Positions 1 through 9,944 of a stretch of DNA of 64,000 nucleotides are shown piece by piece. The stretch is from Eubacteriales bacterium (GTDB taxonomy: Bacteria; Bacillota; Clostridia; Oscillospirales; CAG-382), in NCBI GenBank assembly GCA_045538555.1, contig JAZSRP010000043.1, forward strand, positions 9,616-73,615, in the 5' to 3' direction. The position numbers and the translations under genes are program-made. Under the pieces are notes generated by a model that did not search any database, was not told where the DNA came from, and saw only the letters and a program-made list of their open reading frames with translations. The first letter of the stretch is position 1, and each line of letters starts with the position of its first letter.

Positions 1-523
1 ACGTCTTTTGACTTTGTCGCTTGCAGGTGAGGGATACCTCAATTTTATGGGCAATGAATTTGGACATCCTGAGTGGATCGATTTCCCCCGTGAAGGCAAC
101 GGCTGGAGCTACAAATACTGCCGCAGACAATGGAATCTTGTAGATGATGAATTGCTTAGATACAAGGATTTGGCGTTGTTTGACAAAGAAATGATAAAGC
201 TTGCAAAGAGCAAAAAGCTGTTTTCTGCTCCACCGGTCAGTATGTATATTGACGAGGAAGCGCAGGTTCTTGTTTACAGCAGAAATGGGGTTGTATTTGC
301 TTTTAATTTCAATCCCTCCCATTCTTTTGCATCATATCCGCTGAGAAACGTTCCTCTTGGTGCATACAATGTAGTTCTGTCTACCGACGAGTCCCGTTTT
401 GGCGGTTTTGACCGTATTTCGGACACTCAAAAATACGTTGTTCATTCCCTTGAGGATGGGGCAATGGGATTTGAGATTTATTTGCCGTCAAGGACAGCAA
501 TTGTGCTCAAAAAAATCAAATAA
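1..523 (+). CDS. glgB: 1,4-alpha-glucan branching enzyme, C-terminal fragment (gene begins upstream of the window)
   Basis: The frame is open from the window edge. The translation carries the GH13 branching-enzyme block NFMGNEFGHPEWIDFPREGNGWSY..CRRQWNL, followed by the C-terminal beta domain. The track start at 8 is a TTG and is not the true start. Confidence 0.8.
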   Translation, partial: RLLTLSLAGEGYLNFMGNEFGHPEWIDFPREGNGWSYKYCRRQWNLVDDELLRYKDLALFDKEMIKLAKSKKLFSAPPVSMYIDEEAQVLVYSRNGVVFAFNFNPSHSFASYPLRNVPLGAYNVVLSTDESRFGGFDRISDTQKYVVHSLEDGAMGFEIYLPSRTAIVLKKIK

Positions 524-602
524 AATGTATTTCACTCCTTTTGCGTGTGCTGGGAATAAAAATATTATTCTGTAGTATACTGATATAAAAGGAGTGATTT
601 TT

Positions 603-1073
603 TTGAAGATAAAATGGAAGCTATTAATTGCCTGTATTGCATTGCCGTTGATAGTAGGAGGACTTGCATCGCTTCTAACTATGGACAGTATGGAAACATT
701 TGAGGCGCTATCAAAACCTCCGCTGTCTCCTCCGGGATGGCTTTTTCCTGCTGTGTGGACGGTTTTGTATATACTGATGGGTGTTGCCTCGTATCTTGTG
801 CTTGTATCTGGTTCTCCACAGGATTCTATCAACCGTGCCCTAAAATTTTACGGAATTCAGTTGGCGCTGAATTTTGGATGGACACTTTTGTTTTTCAACC
901 TGTCGGCATATTGGGTTGCTTTTGCGTGGCTCTTGCTTCTTTGGATATTTGTATTTCTCACGTGGCGCGAGTTCAAAAGCAATTCAGCGGCTGCGGGATG
1001 GTTGCTTGTGCCGTATCTGATCTGGATCACTTTTGCAGCGTATCTGAACGCAGGCATTGCATATCTGAACTGA
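603..1073 (+). CDS. tspO: TspO/MBR family tryptophan-rich sensory protein
   Basis: Small 5-TM protein with Trp-rich TspO-like stretches (PPLSPPGWLFPAVWTVLYILMG, LALNFGWTLLFF, LVPYLIWITFAAYLN). The GGAG at 591-594 favours the TTG at 603 over the track GTG at 594. Confidence 0.8.
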   Translation: MKIKWKLLIACIALPLIVGGLASLLTMDSMETFEALSKPPLSPPGWLFPAVWTVLYILMGVASYLVLVSGSPQDSINRALKFYGIQLALNFGWTLLFFNLSAYWVAFAWLLLLWIFVFLTWREFKSNSAAAGWLLVPYLIWITFAAYLNAGIAYLN

Positions 1074-1075
1074 AT

Positions 1076-1112
1076 GAAAAAAGACTTGTTGTTTGCCAAC
1101 AAGTCTTTTTTG
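1076..1112 (+). terminator. Rho-independent terminator after tspO
   Basis: Stem agacttgttg (1082-1091) pairs with caacaagtct (1097-1106), followed by a T-run at 1107-1112. Confidence 0.8.
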
Positions 1113-1141
1113 ATTGGTGCCTTTTAAGGCGTGGAAATAAA

Positions 1142-1460
1142 CCCCCGGTTCTACCGGGGGAAGAAAATTACTTTTGTATATGCATAATAAAACCTCCGTG
1201 ATATAATTGTGTAAAGGTTTGGCGACCGCATTACACAATGAAAAACGGAGGTTTTATAGCGATGTTAAAAAATGAGAAAAACGAAATAAAAAGTAGCGCC
1301 CATTCAAAATACAGATGCCAATATCATATAGTATTTGCCCCAAAATATCGCAGACATGAGATATATGGACAAATCAAAAAAGATATAGGGAAAATACTAC
1401 GTAAATTGTGTGAACAAAAAGGCGTAGAGCTAATAGAATCAGAAGCGTGTGTAGACCAGT
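1142..1460 (+). mobile_element. IS200/IS605-family element remnant (left-end hairpin, RBS-sequestering stem-loop, 5' part of tnpA)
   Basis: GC hairpin cccccgg-ttcta-ccggggg at 1142-1160. A long imperfect hairpin spans 1187-1257 (ataaaacctccgt/acggaggttttat and attgtgtaa/ttacacaat) and buries the GGAGG RBS. The TnpA-like coding sequence stops being homologous at about 1460. Confidence 0.7.
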
Positions 1461-1489
1461 TCAACCGGTGGTTTTGTTTTTTACGATAG
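1262..1489 (+). pseudogene. tnpA: Truncated IS200-type Y1 (HUH) transposase TnpA, N-terminal ~66 aa only
   Basis: The translation SSAHSKYRCQYHIVFAPKYRRHEIYGQIKKDIGKILRKLCEQKGVELIESEACVDQ matches the IS200 TnpA N-terminus as I remember it. The HUH motif and catalytic Tyr region are absent. The reading frame runs into the antisense of the tyrS 3' end. The likely start is ATG 1262, 10 nt after GGAGG. Confidence 0.7.
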
Positions 1490-2645
1490 CTTTGATAAAT
1501 TTGTTTTTGCCCTTGCTGACTACATATTCACCGGCAGAGTCAAGAACTTTGTTAGGGTCGGTAATCTGTGTTCCGTCAAGCTTGACACCGCCTCCTGTGA
1601 TGAGTCGGCGCGCCTCGCTGTTTGAGGGAGCAAGACCGGATTTTGAAAGCACTTCGATCAATCTGATGCCTGACTCAAACTCCATTGATGCGATATCCTG
1701 AGGTATCCCGCCGCCTGCAACGCTCTGGTATCTCTTTTCTGCAGCTTCAATGGCTTCTTTTCCGTGATAGAGGGTGATGATCGCCTCTGCATAGAGCTTG
1801 TGAGCAGCTCTTATATCAGACTCGCAAAGGGGTTTGTATTCATCCTCGGGAAGCTCAGTGGTAAGGTTGAAATATGTGAGCAACAAATTGTCGGGAACCT
1901 TCATGCATTTCTCGTACATGATCTCTGCGGGCTCGTCGATACCGATATAGTTGTCAAGAGATTTTGACATTTTTTCAACGCCGTCAAGTCCGGGAAGCAG
2001 GGGGAATGTAATAACCTCCTGAGATGACTGGCCATAATCCTTTTGGAGCTCTCTGCCTACCAAAAGGTTGAATGTCTGATCGTTTCCTCCGACCTCAATA
2101 TCAGCATTGAGTGCAACACTGTCGTAGCCCTGCATTAGAGGGTAGAAAAGCTCGTGCATGCCGATGGGGCGTTTCTCGTTGTAGCGTTTGGCAAAATCGT
2201 CTCTCTCCAGAATACGTGCGAGAGTGTATTTTCCGGCAAGGGAAAGAACATCCTCAAAAGTCATTTTTCCCAACCATTCGGAGTTGTAAGTAATGGTTGT
2301 TTTTTCTCTGTCAAGAATTTTTGTTACTTGCTCATAGTAGCTGATAGCATTTTCGCGCGTCTGTTCAAAAGTGAGAGGAACACGGGTCTTGCTTTTTCCG
2401 GAGGGGTCACCGATCATTGCCGTAAAATCACCGATGACAAAAATGATCTCATGTCCCAGATCCTGCAGCATCTTGAGTTTTCTCAACACAACAGAGTGGC
2501 CGAGATGAAGATCAGGACGGCTGGGATCCGCACCCATCTTTATTCTGAGCTTTTTTCCGCTCTCAAGCTTTTCTTTCAGTCCCTCGGGAGAGAAAACGCT
2601 TATGGCATCACGCATGATAATATTGTATGCTTCTGTACCTGTCAT
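1461..2645 (-). CDS. tyrS: Tyrosine--tRNA ligase
   Basis: Class I signatures HLGH (PDLHLGHSV) and KMSKS, plus a C-terminal S4-like RNA-binding domain. It is 394 aa, with a GGAGA RBS 7 nt upstream. Confidence 0.9.
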   Translation of the reverse strand: MTGTEAYNIIMRDAISVFSPEGLKEKLESGKKLRIKMGADPSRPDLHLGHSVVLRKLKMLQDLGHEIIFVIGDFTAMIGDPSGKSKTRVPLTFEQTRENAISYYEQVTKILDREKTTITYNSEWLGKMTFEDVLSLAGKYTLARILERDDFAKRYNEKRPIGMHELFYPLMQGYDSVALNADIEVGGNDQTFNLLVGRELQKDYGQSSQEVITFPLLPGLDGVEKMSKSLDNYIGIDEPAEIMYEKCMKVPDNLLLTYFNLTTELPEDEYKPLCESDIRAAHKLYAEAIITLYHGKEAIEAAEKRYQSVAGGGIPQDIASMEFESGIRLIEVLSKSGLAPSNSEARRLITGGGVKLDGTQITDPNKVLDSAGEYVVSKGKNKFIKAIVKNKTTG

Positions 2646-2670
2646 TTTTTAATTTCTCCAATTCTTTTTA

Positions 2671-4167
2671 TCAAGAATAAAAATTGTCGTCAAGTGCGGG
2701 AATTGAAGCCACATCAAATCTTGAAATGACCTCGTTGTTGATCTCAATATCATCGTTGAATGAAAGGATGTATTGATAGAAAGCGTCGTTAATGAGGGTA
2801 TCCTCTATTGTTGAATAAATCTCTTCAGTGATATCATCTGCCTTGAGTTCAAGCTTTTTGACGATAAATACGCCGTCATTGCTGATCTCTTTGAGAATAT
2901 ACTCGCCAACCTTTGCATCTTTTATGGCCTTTTCAAGATCGCTGTAGTTTGTTTTTCCGTCGGTTGTCACAGCGGGTTTTTCGTAGAAATAGTAGTCCTT
3001 GTCCTCTTTTACAAAACCGTCAAGCTCGCCCGATTTGAGTTTTTCAAAGCACTCGTTTGCCTCAAAACGTATTTTGTCAGCGCTCATTGCTGCTGCAACA
3101 GAGACTTTGATACTTCCTTTTGTATTTCCGTCAGCGTCGGTTGTGCCAAAAAGATCTGTGTCAGAAAGCTCAAGTTTTTCAATTACATGATAACCGTATT
3201 GTGTCTTGGCGATGCCTACGGCACCGATCTCCAGATCGAAAGAAAGCTCTTCAAATTCTTTTACCATCTTTCCTTTGGTAAAAGTATAGGTATATCCGCT
3301 ATCGTCGGTAGCGTGCTTGAAATCATCAAGAGTCTTTTCGCCGCTCTGAATTGCAGCCAGGGCGCTCTCTGCATCGGATTTTGCTTTTTCAACTTCTTCT
3401 TTTGACAGCTCTTTGCCGGTAGCGTCAACTGTTTTGTAGAGAACATGGTTGACTTTTACGTAGTTTTCATAAAAATACGTCTTGATCTCGTCGTCTGTCA
3501 AATCAAAAATATACTGAGTGTTGTTTCCGTCTTTGTCCTCGGTGAGGAACGAATATATACATCCTTCAAAGCTGAAATATTCGCTGAGGAACTTTTCTGT
3601 AACGGAGGATTCCGGAATTTTTGCAACACCGTTGTCGCCGTATCTGAAATCACTGTAAAGATTGAGAAGATAATTGTATCTCTCGTATCTTTCGATACTG
3701 CTGCGTACAAATCCCATTTTTGCAAGCTCGATCTCAAAAAGATCCTTTCCACCGTAGGCATACTCAAGCTCATCAACGTAGGTGCTGATTTCATTGATGG
3801 ATGACTCATCGGTGATAGTCAGCCCCGCCTCATCGCAGAGATGCTCAATAATAAGAACACGCTTGGCAGTCTCATCTATTGCCTCTTTGATATAATCAGA
3901 AACTGTTTTTCCGTCCTCTGAGAATGACTGCTTGAGTATATCTGCCTCCTGATAGACAGTGCCTGTCATTTGATAGAGATAATATTGGTAATAATATACA
4001 ACGTTGTCCTTGACGATTGACGCGATATAAAGATAATCGCTCTCGTTGAGAGTTTTGTCACCGTAGCGCATCACAACGTCTCCGCCGCTCAAAACGCCGC
4101 ATGAGCAGAATGAAAGCATCAAAGCGATGACAAGAAACAAGCTGATCATATTTTTGATCTTTTTCAT
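2671..4167 (-). CDS. PrsA/SurA-like lipoprotein with parvulin-type peptidyl-prolyl isomerase domain
   Basis: Signal peptide with a lipobox-like LSFCSCG. The parvulin block is FEELSFDLEIGAVGIAKTQYGYHVIEKLE. Start chosen at the second Met (MKKIKNMISLF); the track start is 4188. Confidence 0.7.
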   Translation of the reverse strand: MKKIKNMISLFLVIALMLSFCSCGVLSGGDVVMRYGDKTLNESDYLYIASIVKDNVVYYYQYYLYQMTGTVYQEADILKQSFSEDGKTVSDYIKEAIDETAKRVLIIEHLCDEAGLTITDESSINEISTYVDELEYAYGGKDLFEIELAKMGFVRSSIERYERYNYLLNLYSDFRYGDNGVAKIPESSVTEKFLSEYFSFEGCIYSFLTEDKDGNNTQYIFDLTDDEIKTYFYENYVKVNHVLYKTVDATGKELSKEEVEKAKSDAESALAAIQSGEKTLDDFKHATDDSGYTYTFTKGKMVKEFEELSFDLEIGAVGIAKTQYGYHVIEKLELSDTDLFGTTDADGNTKGSIKVSVAAAMSADKIRFEANECFEKLKSGELDGFVKEDKDYYFYEKPAVTTDGKTNYSDLEKAIKDAKVGEYILKEISNDGVFIVKKLELKADDITEEIYSTIEDTLINDAFYQYILSFNDDIEINNEVISRFDVASIPALDDNFYS

Positions 4168-4231
4168 ATAAAATTTTGCCTTTCTCATTGTATTCTACAC
4201 ATTATAACTCATTTCAACTGTTTTGTCTATA

Positions 4232-7200
4232 CTAATTTTGTGACAATTTTAAGTACCTGAAAACGACCTTTTCTGCCATATCCAGATTATTTTCCTTTTC
4301 ACGCAATCTGTATGCTATGTGTGGTCTTCCGCCTGCGGAAAGCATCACTGCACCCTTGAACGGATCCTCTGAAGCAATAACAGCTGCTTTTTCAATTGAC
4401 AGCGTGGGAGTATAAAAGCTCAAAACGTTGCTGTTTTGTTCAATTGAAGTAAAACCGCATTCCATTGCCGTATTTCGTATCAAAGAGACACGAATGAGAT
4501 TTTGTGTTGGTTTTGGAATATCTCCAAACCTGTCGTTCAACTCATCAAAAAGATCGTCAACATCATCACAGTTACGGATTGAAGCGATTTTTTTGTATAC
4601 GTCAATACGCATTGCGGAGGAAGAAATGTAGTTTTCGGGAATAAAAGCGTTGCAAAGAATGTCGATGCTGCAGTTCCTCTCTGCAACCGGTGCAATACCT
4701 TTTTCTGCATTTATAGCATCTTCAAGTATCTTTATGTAAAGATCATACCCGATTGCTTCAAGATGACCGCTCTGCTCTGAACCGAGGAGGTTTCCGGCAC
4801 CTCTCAGCTCAAGATCTCTCATGGCGATCTTGAATCCTGAACCAAACTCTGTAAATTCCTTGATTGCTTCCAGCCGTTTTTCGGCAATTTCGTTCATTAT
4901 CTTGTTTTTTCTATACGTAAGGTATGCGTATGCTTTTCGTGTAGATCTTCCCACCCGTCCTCTGATCTGGTGCAGCTGTGACAGGCCCATACGGTCGGCG
5001 TCTTCAATAATGAGGGTATTTGCATTTGGAACATTGATACCGGATTCGATAATAGTTGTGCAAACAAGTATGTCGATTTTTCCTTCTACCATATCTGCCC
5101 AGACGTCAGAAAGCGTTTCTTTGTCCATCTGGCCGTGAGCAATTCCGACAGTATGATCGGGAAATGCATTGGAAATGCGTGTCGCTGTTGAAAAGATAGA
5201 ATCAACAAAATTGTGGAGATAGAACACCTGCCCGCCCCGGCGGAGCTCGCGTCTTATGGCTTCAAACAAAACCTCATCATCCTGCTCAACCACAAATGTT
5301 TGCACCGGCACTCTGTCCATGGGCGCTTCTTCCAATACAGACATATCACGGATTCCGCTAAGTGCCATATTGAGGGTTCTTGGTATAGGTGTTGCGGTCA
5401 ACGTCAGTACGTCAACGCCTTTTGCAAGCTCTTTCAAACGTTCCTTGTGAGTGACGCCAAAGCGTTGCTCCTCGTCGACAACAAGTAGTCCGAGATCCCA
5501 AAACTGAATATCCTTTTGCAACAGTCTGTGAGTACCAACTATAATATCAATTTGTCCTTCACGCAGCTTGCAAATAATTTCGGTTTGTTCTTTTTTTGTA
5601 ACAAAACGTGAGAGCATTGCAATTTTTACGGGGTACCCTCTGAACCGAGCCAAAAGAGTCTGATAATGTTGAAGCGAAAGAATGGTTGTAGGTACCAAAA
5701 ATGCCGCCTGCTTTCCTGAAAAAACGCACTTGAATATGGCGCGTAGCGAAACCTCTGTTTTTCCAAATCCAACGTCTCCGCACAAAAGTCGATCCATGGG
5801 GTAGGGGTTTTGCATATCTCTTTTTATTTCCTCTGCCGCCTGCATTTGACCGTCAGTTTCGGCATATTCAAATCCTGCTTCAAACTCGTCCTGGAGTTCA
5901 TCGTCGGGAGGAAAAGCGTATCCCGGTTGGTTGCGGCGTTCTGCATAAAGCTTGATCAAATCTTTGGCAATGTTTGCGGCAGATGCTTTTGCCTTTGCTT
6001 TGGCACGTTTCCACTCAGCGCCGCCCATTTTTGAAAGCTTTGTGTCCTCGGCTCCGATATATTTGCTCACCATATCCAGCTGATCGCACGGAACGTAAAG
6101 TATACCTCCGTCAGCATAAACGATTTTGATAAAATCACGTGACATCCCTTGTGATACAAGGTTTTGGATACCTTGATACCGTCCTATACCATGATTGATA
6201 TGCACCACAAGATCACCGGTGTTAAGATCGGCATATGACGCAATTCGCTCTCCTTTGACAGCTTTTGCCATACGCTTCCTGCCCATGGATCCCTCATGAA
6301 GACGGGTGGCGGACTTGTCGGTATACAGCACAAAATTTCCCTTTGGAAGCTCAAATCCCGAATAGAAACCAAAATCACCTGATGCAACTGCGATTCTGTA
6401 ATCGTGAAGAACACCAAAATATGGATATGCGGCAATATCATTCTCGGCAAGTATATCAAGCATCGCCGAGGCAGAATAATCTCCGGAGCATACGATCATT
6501 ACTGTGTGCGAAGAGTCGAGATGTGCTTGAATATCATCAATGAATATATCTGTTTTGTCGGGAATCTGCATTACGGTTTTTGTAGTAATATTGTAAGATG
6601 CAGAAGCACTGACAAAATTTCCGGAGCTTGAAAAAGTGTCCACAAGCACGGTGTTTACTCCGAGAAGGGATCCCAACTCATCACTGTTGCAGATCGGTCT
6701 GCAATTCTTCATTTTGCACAAACCGCTTTTTGCAAGAGATTCGATGGAATTGTAAGAAATTTGCTCAAACCCTCTTGCTCTGTCAATGACTCTCTTTGAA
6801 TCAACAACAATACGCAAAGCATCACTGCAGGCGTCAAGTATAGATTCCTTTTGGTTGTAAATAAGAGAAAAATATCTATCCGATATCCCGCACCGGTCGT
6901 CCTTTTCCGCCTTTTCAAGATCAGAAAAAAGATCAGCGCGTCGTTTTTCTGATCCCTCAAAATGGTCAAGCAGATACTTTACCTCTCTTTTGACAGCAAG
7001 CAGTGTGTTGTCGGTAGCCGTCAACTCAGAGCAGGGGAGAACATGAATGCTCTCGAGGTTTTCCACTCTTCTTTGAGATACAATATCAAAACGTCCGATG
7101 AGATCAATTTCATCACCAAAAAAGTCAATTCTTACCGGTGAGTCACCGCCGGGGGTAAAAATATCCAAAATTCCGCCGCGTACAGAGAATTGCCCCACGC

Positions 7201-7702
7201 CTTCTACAATATCGGTGCGCTTGTAACCCATTCTTATCAATTTTGCAGTAACTTTGTCAATGGAGGCAGCATCGCCCCTTGACAGAGAAAAAGAGATCTC
7301 TTGCAAAAAATCGGCAGGCATTGTGTATTGCATCACTGCGTCAGGCACCGCAATTACAACATCATAGTCCCCTTGCAGGCATTTCCAGAGAACAGTGAGG
7401 CGCTCGTGCTCCCATTCTCTTGAATACGCAGAAACCGTATCAAGCACAAGATCTCTGGTAGGGAATATAAGCACTCTTTCAAAAAATACCGAGAGTGCAT
7501 CCCTGAGACGAAGAGCTTCTTTCTCTTCGGAAACAAGGATAAATCCTTTATTTTCTGTGTCTTTCAGCAATGCGGAAATGAAAAAAGGGCGCGAAGAATC
7601 GCACATCCCACTGATGTGGCAGGGCATGTGTCTTTCTTTTATGCCGTTGAGTACGGCTCTGTATTCGCTGTCCTTTAAAAACTGTTTGAGTATTTGTTCC
7701 AT
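4232..7702 (-). CDS. mfd: Transcription-repair coupling factor Mfd
   Basis: 1156 aa with a UvrB-homology N-terminus and a CarD/RNAP-interacting region. The superfamily-2 helicase motifs are GDVGFGKTE, DEEQRFGV and QLHQIRGRVGR, followed by a TRCF C-terminal domain. Confidence 0.95.
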   Translation of the reverse strand: MEQILKQFLKDSEYRAVLNGIKERHMPCHISGMCDSSRPFFISALLKDTENKGFILVSEEKEALRLRDALSVFFERVLIFPTRDLVLDTVSAYSREWEHERLTVLWKCLQGDYDVVIAVPDAVMQYTMPADFLQEISFSLSRGDAASIDKVTAKLIRMGYKRTDIVEGVGQFSVRGGILDIFTPGGDSPVRIDFFGDEIDLIGRFDIVSQRRVENLESIHVLPCSELTATDNTLLAVKREVKYLLDHFEGSEKRRADLFSDLEKAEKDDRCGISDRYFSLIYNQKESILDACSDALRIVVDSKRVIDRARGFEQISYNSIESLAKSGLCKMKNCRPICNSDELGSLLGVNTVLVDTFSSSGNFVSASASYNITTKTVMQIPDKTDIFIDDIQAHLDSSHTVMIVCSGDYSASAMLDILAENDIAAYPYFGVLHDYRIAVASGDFGFYSGFELPKGNFVLYTDKSATRLHEGSMGRKRMAKAVKGERIASYADLNTGDLVVHINHGIGRYQGIQNLVSQGMSRDFIKIVYADGGILYVPCDQLDMVSKYIGAEDTKLSKMGGAEWKRAKAKAKASAANIAKDLIKLYAERRNQPGYAFPPDDELQDEFEAGFEYAETDGQMQAAEEIKRDMQNPYPMDRLLCGDVGFGKTEVSLRAIFKCVFSGKQAAFLVPTTILSLQHYQTLLARFRGYPVKIAMLSRFVTKKEQTEIICKLREGQIDIIVGTHRLLQKDIQFWDLGLLVVDEEQRFGVTHKERLKELAKGVDVLTLTATPIPRTLNMALSGIRDMSVLEEAPMDRVPVQTFVVEQDDEVLFEAIRRELRRGGQVFYLHNFVDSIFSTATRISNAFPDHTVGIAHGQMDKETLSDVWADMVEGKIDILVCTTIIESGINVPNANTLIIEDADRMGLSQLHQIRGRVGRSTRKAYAYLTYRKNKIMNEIAEKRLEAIKEFTEFGSGFKIAMRDLELRGAGNLLGSEQSGHLEAIGYDLYIKILEDAINAEKGIAPVAERNCSIDILCNAFIPENYISSSAMRIDVYKKIASIRNCDDVDDLFDELNDRFGDIPKPTQNLIRVSLIRNTAMECGFTSIEQNSNVLSFYTPTLSIEKAAVIASEDPFKGAVMLSAGGRPHIAYRLREKENNLDMAEKVVFRYLKLSQN

Positions 7703-7710
7703 GTCTGGTT

Positions 7711-8313
7711 TCAGTTGTTTTTGTTAAAAAGGTTCATTGCTTTGTCAGTATTTCCTTCAATTATACATTCAATAGCAGAAAGAATATTGTCAAAATTTGC
7801 ACTGACACGTTTTATGTCATCATCGGTAAACTTGCCCAGAACATAGTCTGCAAGATCGTATCCGTCGGGCTTGTTGCCGATTCCCAGCTTTATGCGGGGA
7901 AAATCCTGTGTACCGAGGTGAGAAATAATTGACTTGATTCCGTTGTGTCCGCCTGCGCTTCCGTTTTTTCTGATGCGAAGCGCACCGACACCAATTGAGG
8001 TGTCATCATAGATTACAATAACATTTTCTGCAGGAATTTTATAAAAGTTGGCTGCATCTCTGACTGCTTCTCCGGAGTTGTTCATATATGTTTGAGGTTT
8101 CATCAACAAAACGCCTGTTTGACTGATGATTGTCTTTTGGATGAGCGAAAGATGCTTGAGGTGCTTGATATTGCACCCAAGCTTTTCGGCGATATGGTCG
8201 ATTGCCAAAAATCCTGCGTTGTGGCGTGTGTGTGCATATTGGGATCCGGGATTGCCCAAACCTACTACTAAAAAACGAGGTGTGGATTTTCCTATCCCTC
8301 CAAAAAATTTCAT
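7711..8313 (-). CDS. pth: Peptidyl-tRNA hydrolase
   Basis: Motifs LVVGLGNPG..YAHTRHNAGF and GGHNGIKS; GAGAGGA RBS. Confidence 0.9.
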   Translation of the reverse strand: MKFFGGIGKSTPRFLVVGLGNPGSQYAHTRHNAGFLAIDHIAEKLGCNIKHLKHLSLIQKTIISQTGVLLMKPQTYMNNSGEAVRDAANFYKIPAENVIVIYDDTSIGVGALRIRKNGSAGGHNGIKSIISHLGTQDFPRIKLGIGNKPDGYDLADYVLGKFTDDDIKRVSANFDNILSAIECIIEGNTDKAMNLFNKNN

Positions 8314-8390
8314 GTTATTTTCCTCTCAACAAACGTGATAAAACAACTCAAAGAGGCCGTATAAACAGCCCCTTTTTGTGGTTTTAATAA

Positions 8391-9941
8391 TTATTTTTCG
8401 TCAATTGTTGCAACAAAGAAGAAATCTGTGGGATCGATTTTTTTGCTTTCTTTTGGAGTTGTTTTTTGGGGTTTCTTGTCAGTTTCTTCTTCCTCGTCGT
8501 CAAAAATCACAACGGGAGGATAATCCTCATTTGCGTGTTCAACAGTGTTTTTTGAAACAAAATTGGATTCTTTTGTTTTGTGAGGTTCATTTTTTTCAAG
8601 TTTTGAAAAATCAATAGCATACGTATCAAATTCTATTTCTGACTTGTTTATATCATTCTCGCCAGAATCGTTTGATTTGTTGGCTTTCGTGTCAGATGAG
8701 TTGTCGGTGTTTGGTTCATTATCGTTTTTGATCATATCAACCAAGCTGTCGGAACCGTCGGCAGCATTGTCATATGCCTTTTCCGACACGGGTGAATCCA
8801 CGGGCAATGAAATGTCGTTTTCCGTATGGTCAAAAATGGTTTTTGTTTCTTTGACTTCTTCAACACTTGGACACTGACCTATGTGTGTAAAAATATCCTC
8901 GTGGGTCATTTCGGAGTTTTGCGACTGCTGTGAAGGAGTAATGAGAATATCAAGATCTGTTTTTTGTTTTACAGATGCATCTCTTGAGAGTGAATATGGA
9001 AGGTTTGGGTCGGCAAGCATCTTTTCAATCTCAGGGATCTTTGAAAGCCTGACCGAACCCAAAAGCTCGTTGATCTCATCTGTCACAGAATCATCCTCAA
9101 GATCTTTGCTTTCTGCTTTGGCAGGAGGATTTTCGGATTCTTCTTTTACATTTGAATCAGTATCAACACTGCTTCCGGTCTTTTTCAAAAGAATATCATA
9201 AAAATCATCTTGGCTGATAATGGTTTTGCTTTTTGATTCCGATGTGGGTTTTGTATCGACAGGCGCCGTTTTTGTATCAAGATCATCTTTGAGGGATGAT
9301 GCTTGTTTTTCCGCCTTGTATGCTGCAATATCGTTTTCTGTACCGCCGAATGCGCGTATGACATCCTCACTGCTGAAAGGATTTGTTTTTACTTTTTGCG
9401 GTTCGGTATTCTCAAGCGCTCTTGATTCTCTGATAAACTTGTTGAATAGCTCTTTGAGCTCCTTAAGCGAAGTGCGGATATCCTGTTGAGGTATCAGAAT
9501 AGAGGGGAGATTTTCTTCGAGATTATCGCGCATTTCCTCTGCGGCTTTTCCATGGAGCATTGCAAGAACAATGTCGTTGTTTTCAAGACGGATGCCAAAA
9601 AGCGGTGATTTTTTTGTGCCGAATATCCCGATGCTCGAAATGTTGGTCCACTCTATCTCCACGTTGCTGCCAAGTGATGAAACGGAAAATCCATGATTGT
9701 TGAGCACCAATGCGTTTTGGGGCTTGATCTCACGCATAAGTAGGTAAACAAACAAAGAAATGAAAAATATAAATGCTATACCGCCGATTGCAAGAAACAT
9801 GATCTTTTTCTCGGCTGCAAAATCAAACAAATACGGCATGAGTGCAAAAAACAGGGAGCCAACTGATAGAAAGAGCCAACATATGCCGATAGTCAAAAAA
9901 TTACTGCGTTTTTCTTTGATTTCAATGATATTGTAGTTCAT
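8391..9941 (-). CDS. Hypothetical membrane protein with long acidic low-complexity tail
   Basis: AGGAGG RBS 8 nt upstream. Two N-terminal TM helices and a small globular segment are followed by a ~330-aa D/E/S/K-rich region. I recognise no family. Confidence 0.6.
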   Translation of the reverse strand: MNYNIIEIKEKRSNFLTIGICWLFLSVGSLFFALMPYLFDFAAEKKIMFLAIGGIAFIFFISLFVYLLMREIKPQNALVLNNHGFSVSSLGSNVEIEWTNISSIGIFGTKKSPLFGIRLENNDIVLAMLHGKAAEEMRDNLEENLPSILIPQQDIRTSLKELKELFNKFIRESRALENTEPQKVKTNPFSSEDVIRAFGGTENDIAAYKAEKQASSLKDDLDTKTAPVDTKPTSESKSKTIISQDDFYDILLKKTGSSVDTDSNVKEESENPPAKAESKDLEDDSVTDEINELLGSVRLSKIPEIEKMLADPNLPYSLSRDASVKQKTDLDILITPSQQSQNSEMTHEDIFTHIGQCPSVEEVKETKTIFDHTENDISLPVDSPVSEKAYDNAADGSDSLVDMIKNDNEPNTDNSSDTKANKSNDSGENDINKSEIEFDTYAIDFSKLEKNEPHKTKESNFVSKNTVEHANEDYPPVVIFDDEEEETDKKPQKTTPKESKKIDPTDFFFVATIDEK

Positions 9942-9944
9942 ATG

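Noticed and set aside
737-1201. 154-aa ORF overlapping tspO in another frame, together with ORFs 488-832(-), 857-1102(-) and 984-1238(-).
   Set aside because: They have no RBS and their composition is Cys/Arg-rich nonsense. They overlap a gene with clear TspO signatures and its terminator.
2646-2670. Looked for a T-box leader upstream of tyrS.
   Set aside because: Only 25 nt separate tyrS from the upstream PrsA-like gene, so there is no room for a ~200-nt T-box. tyrS appears to be co-transcribed with its neighbour.
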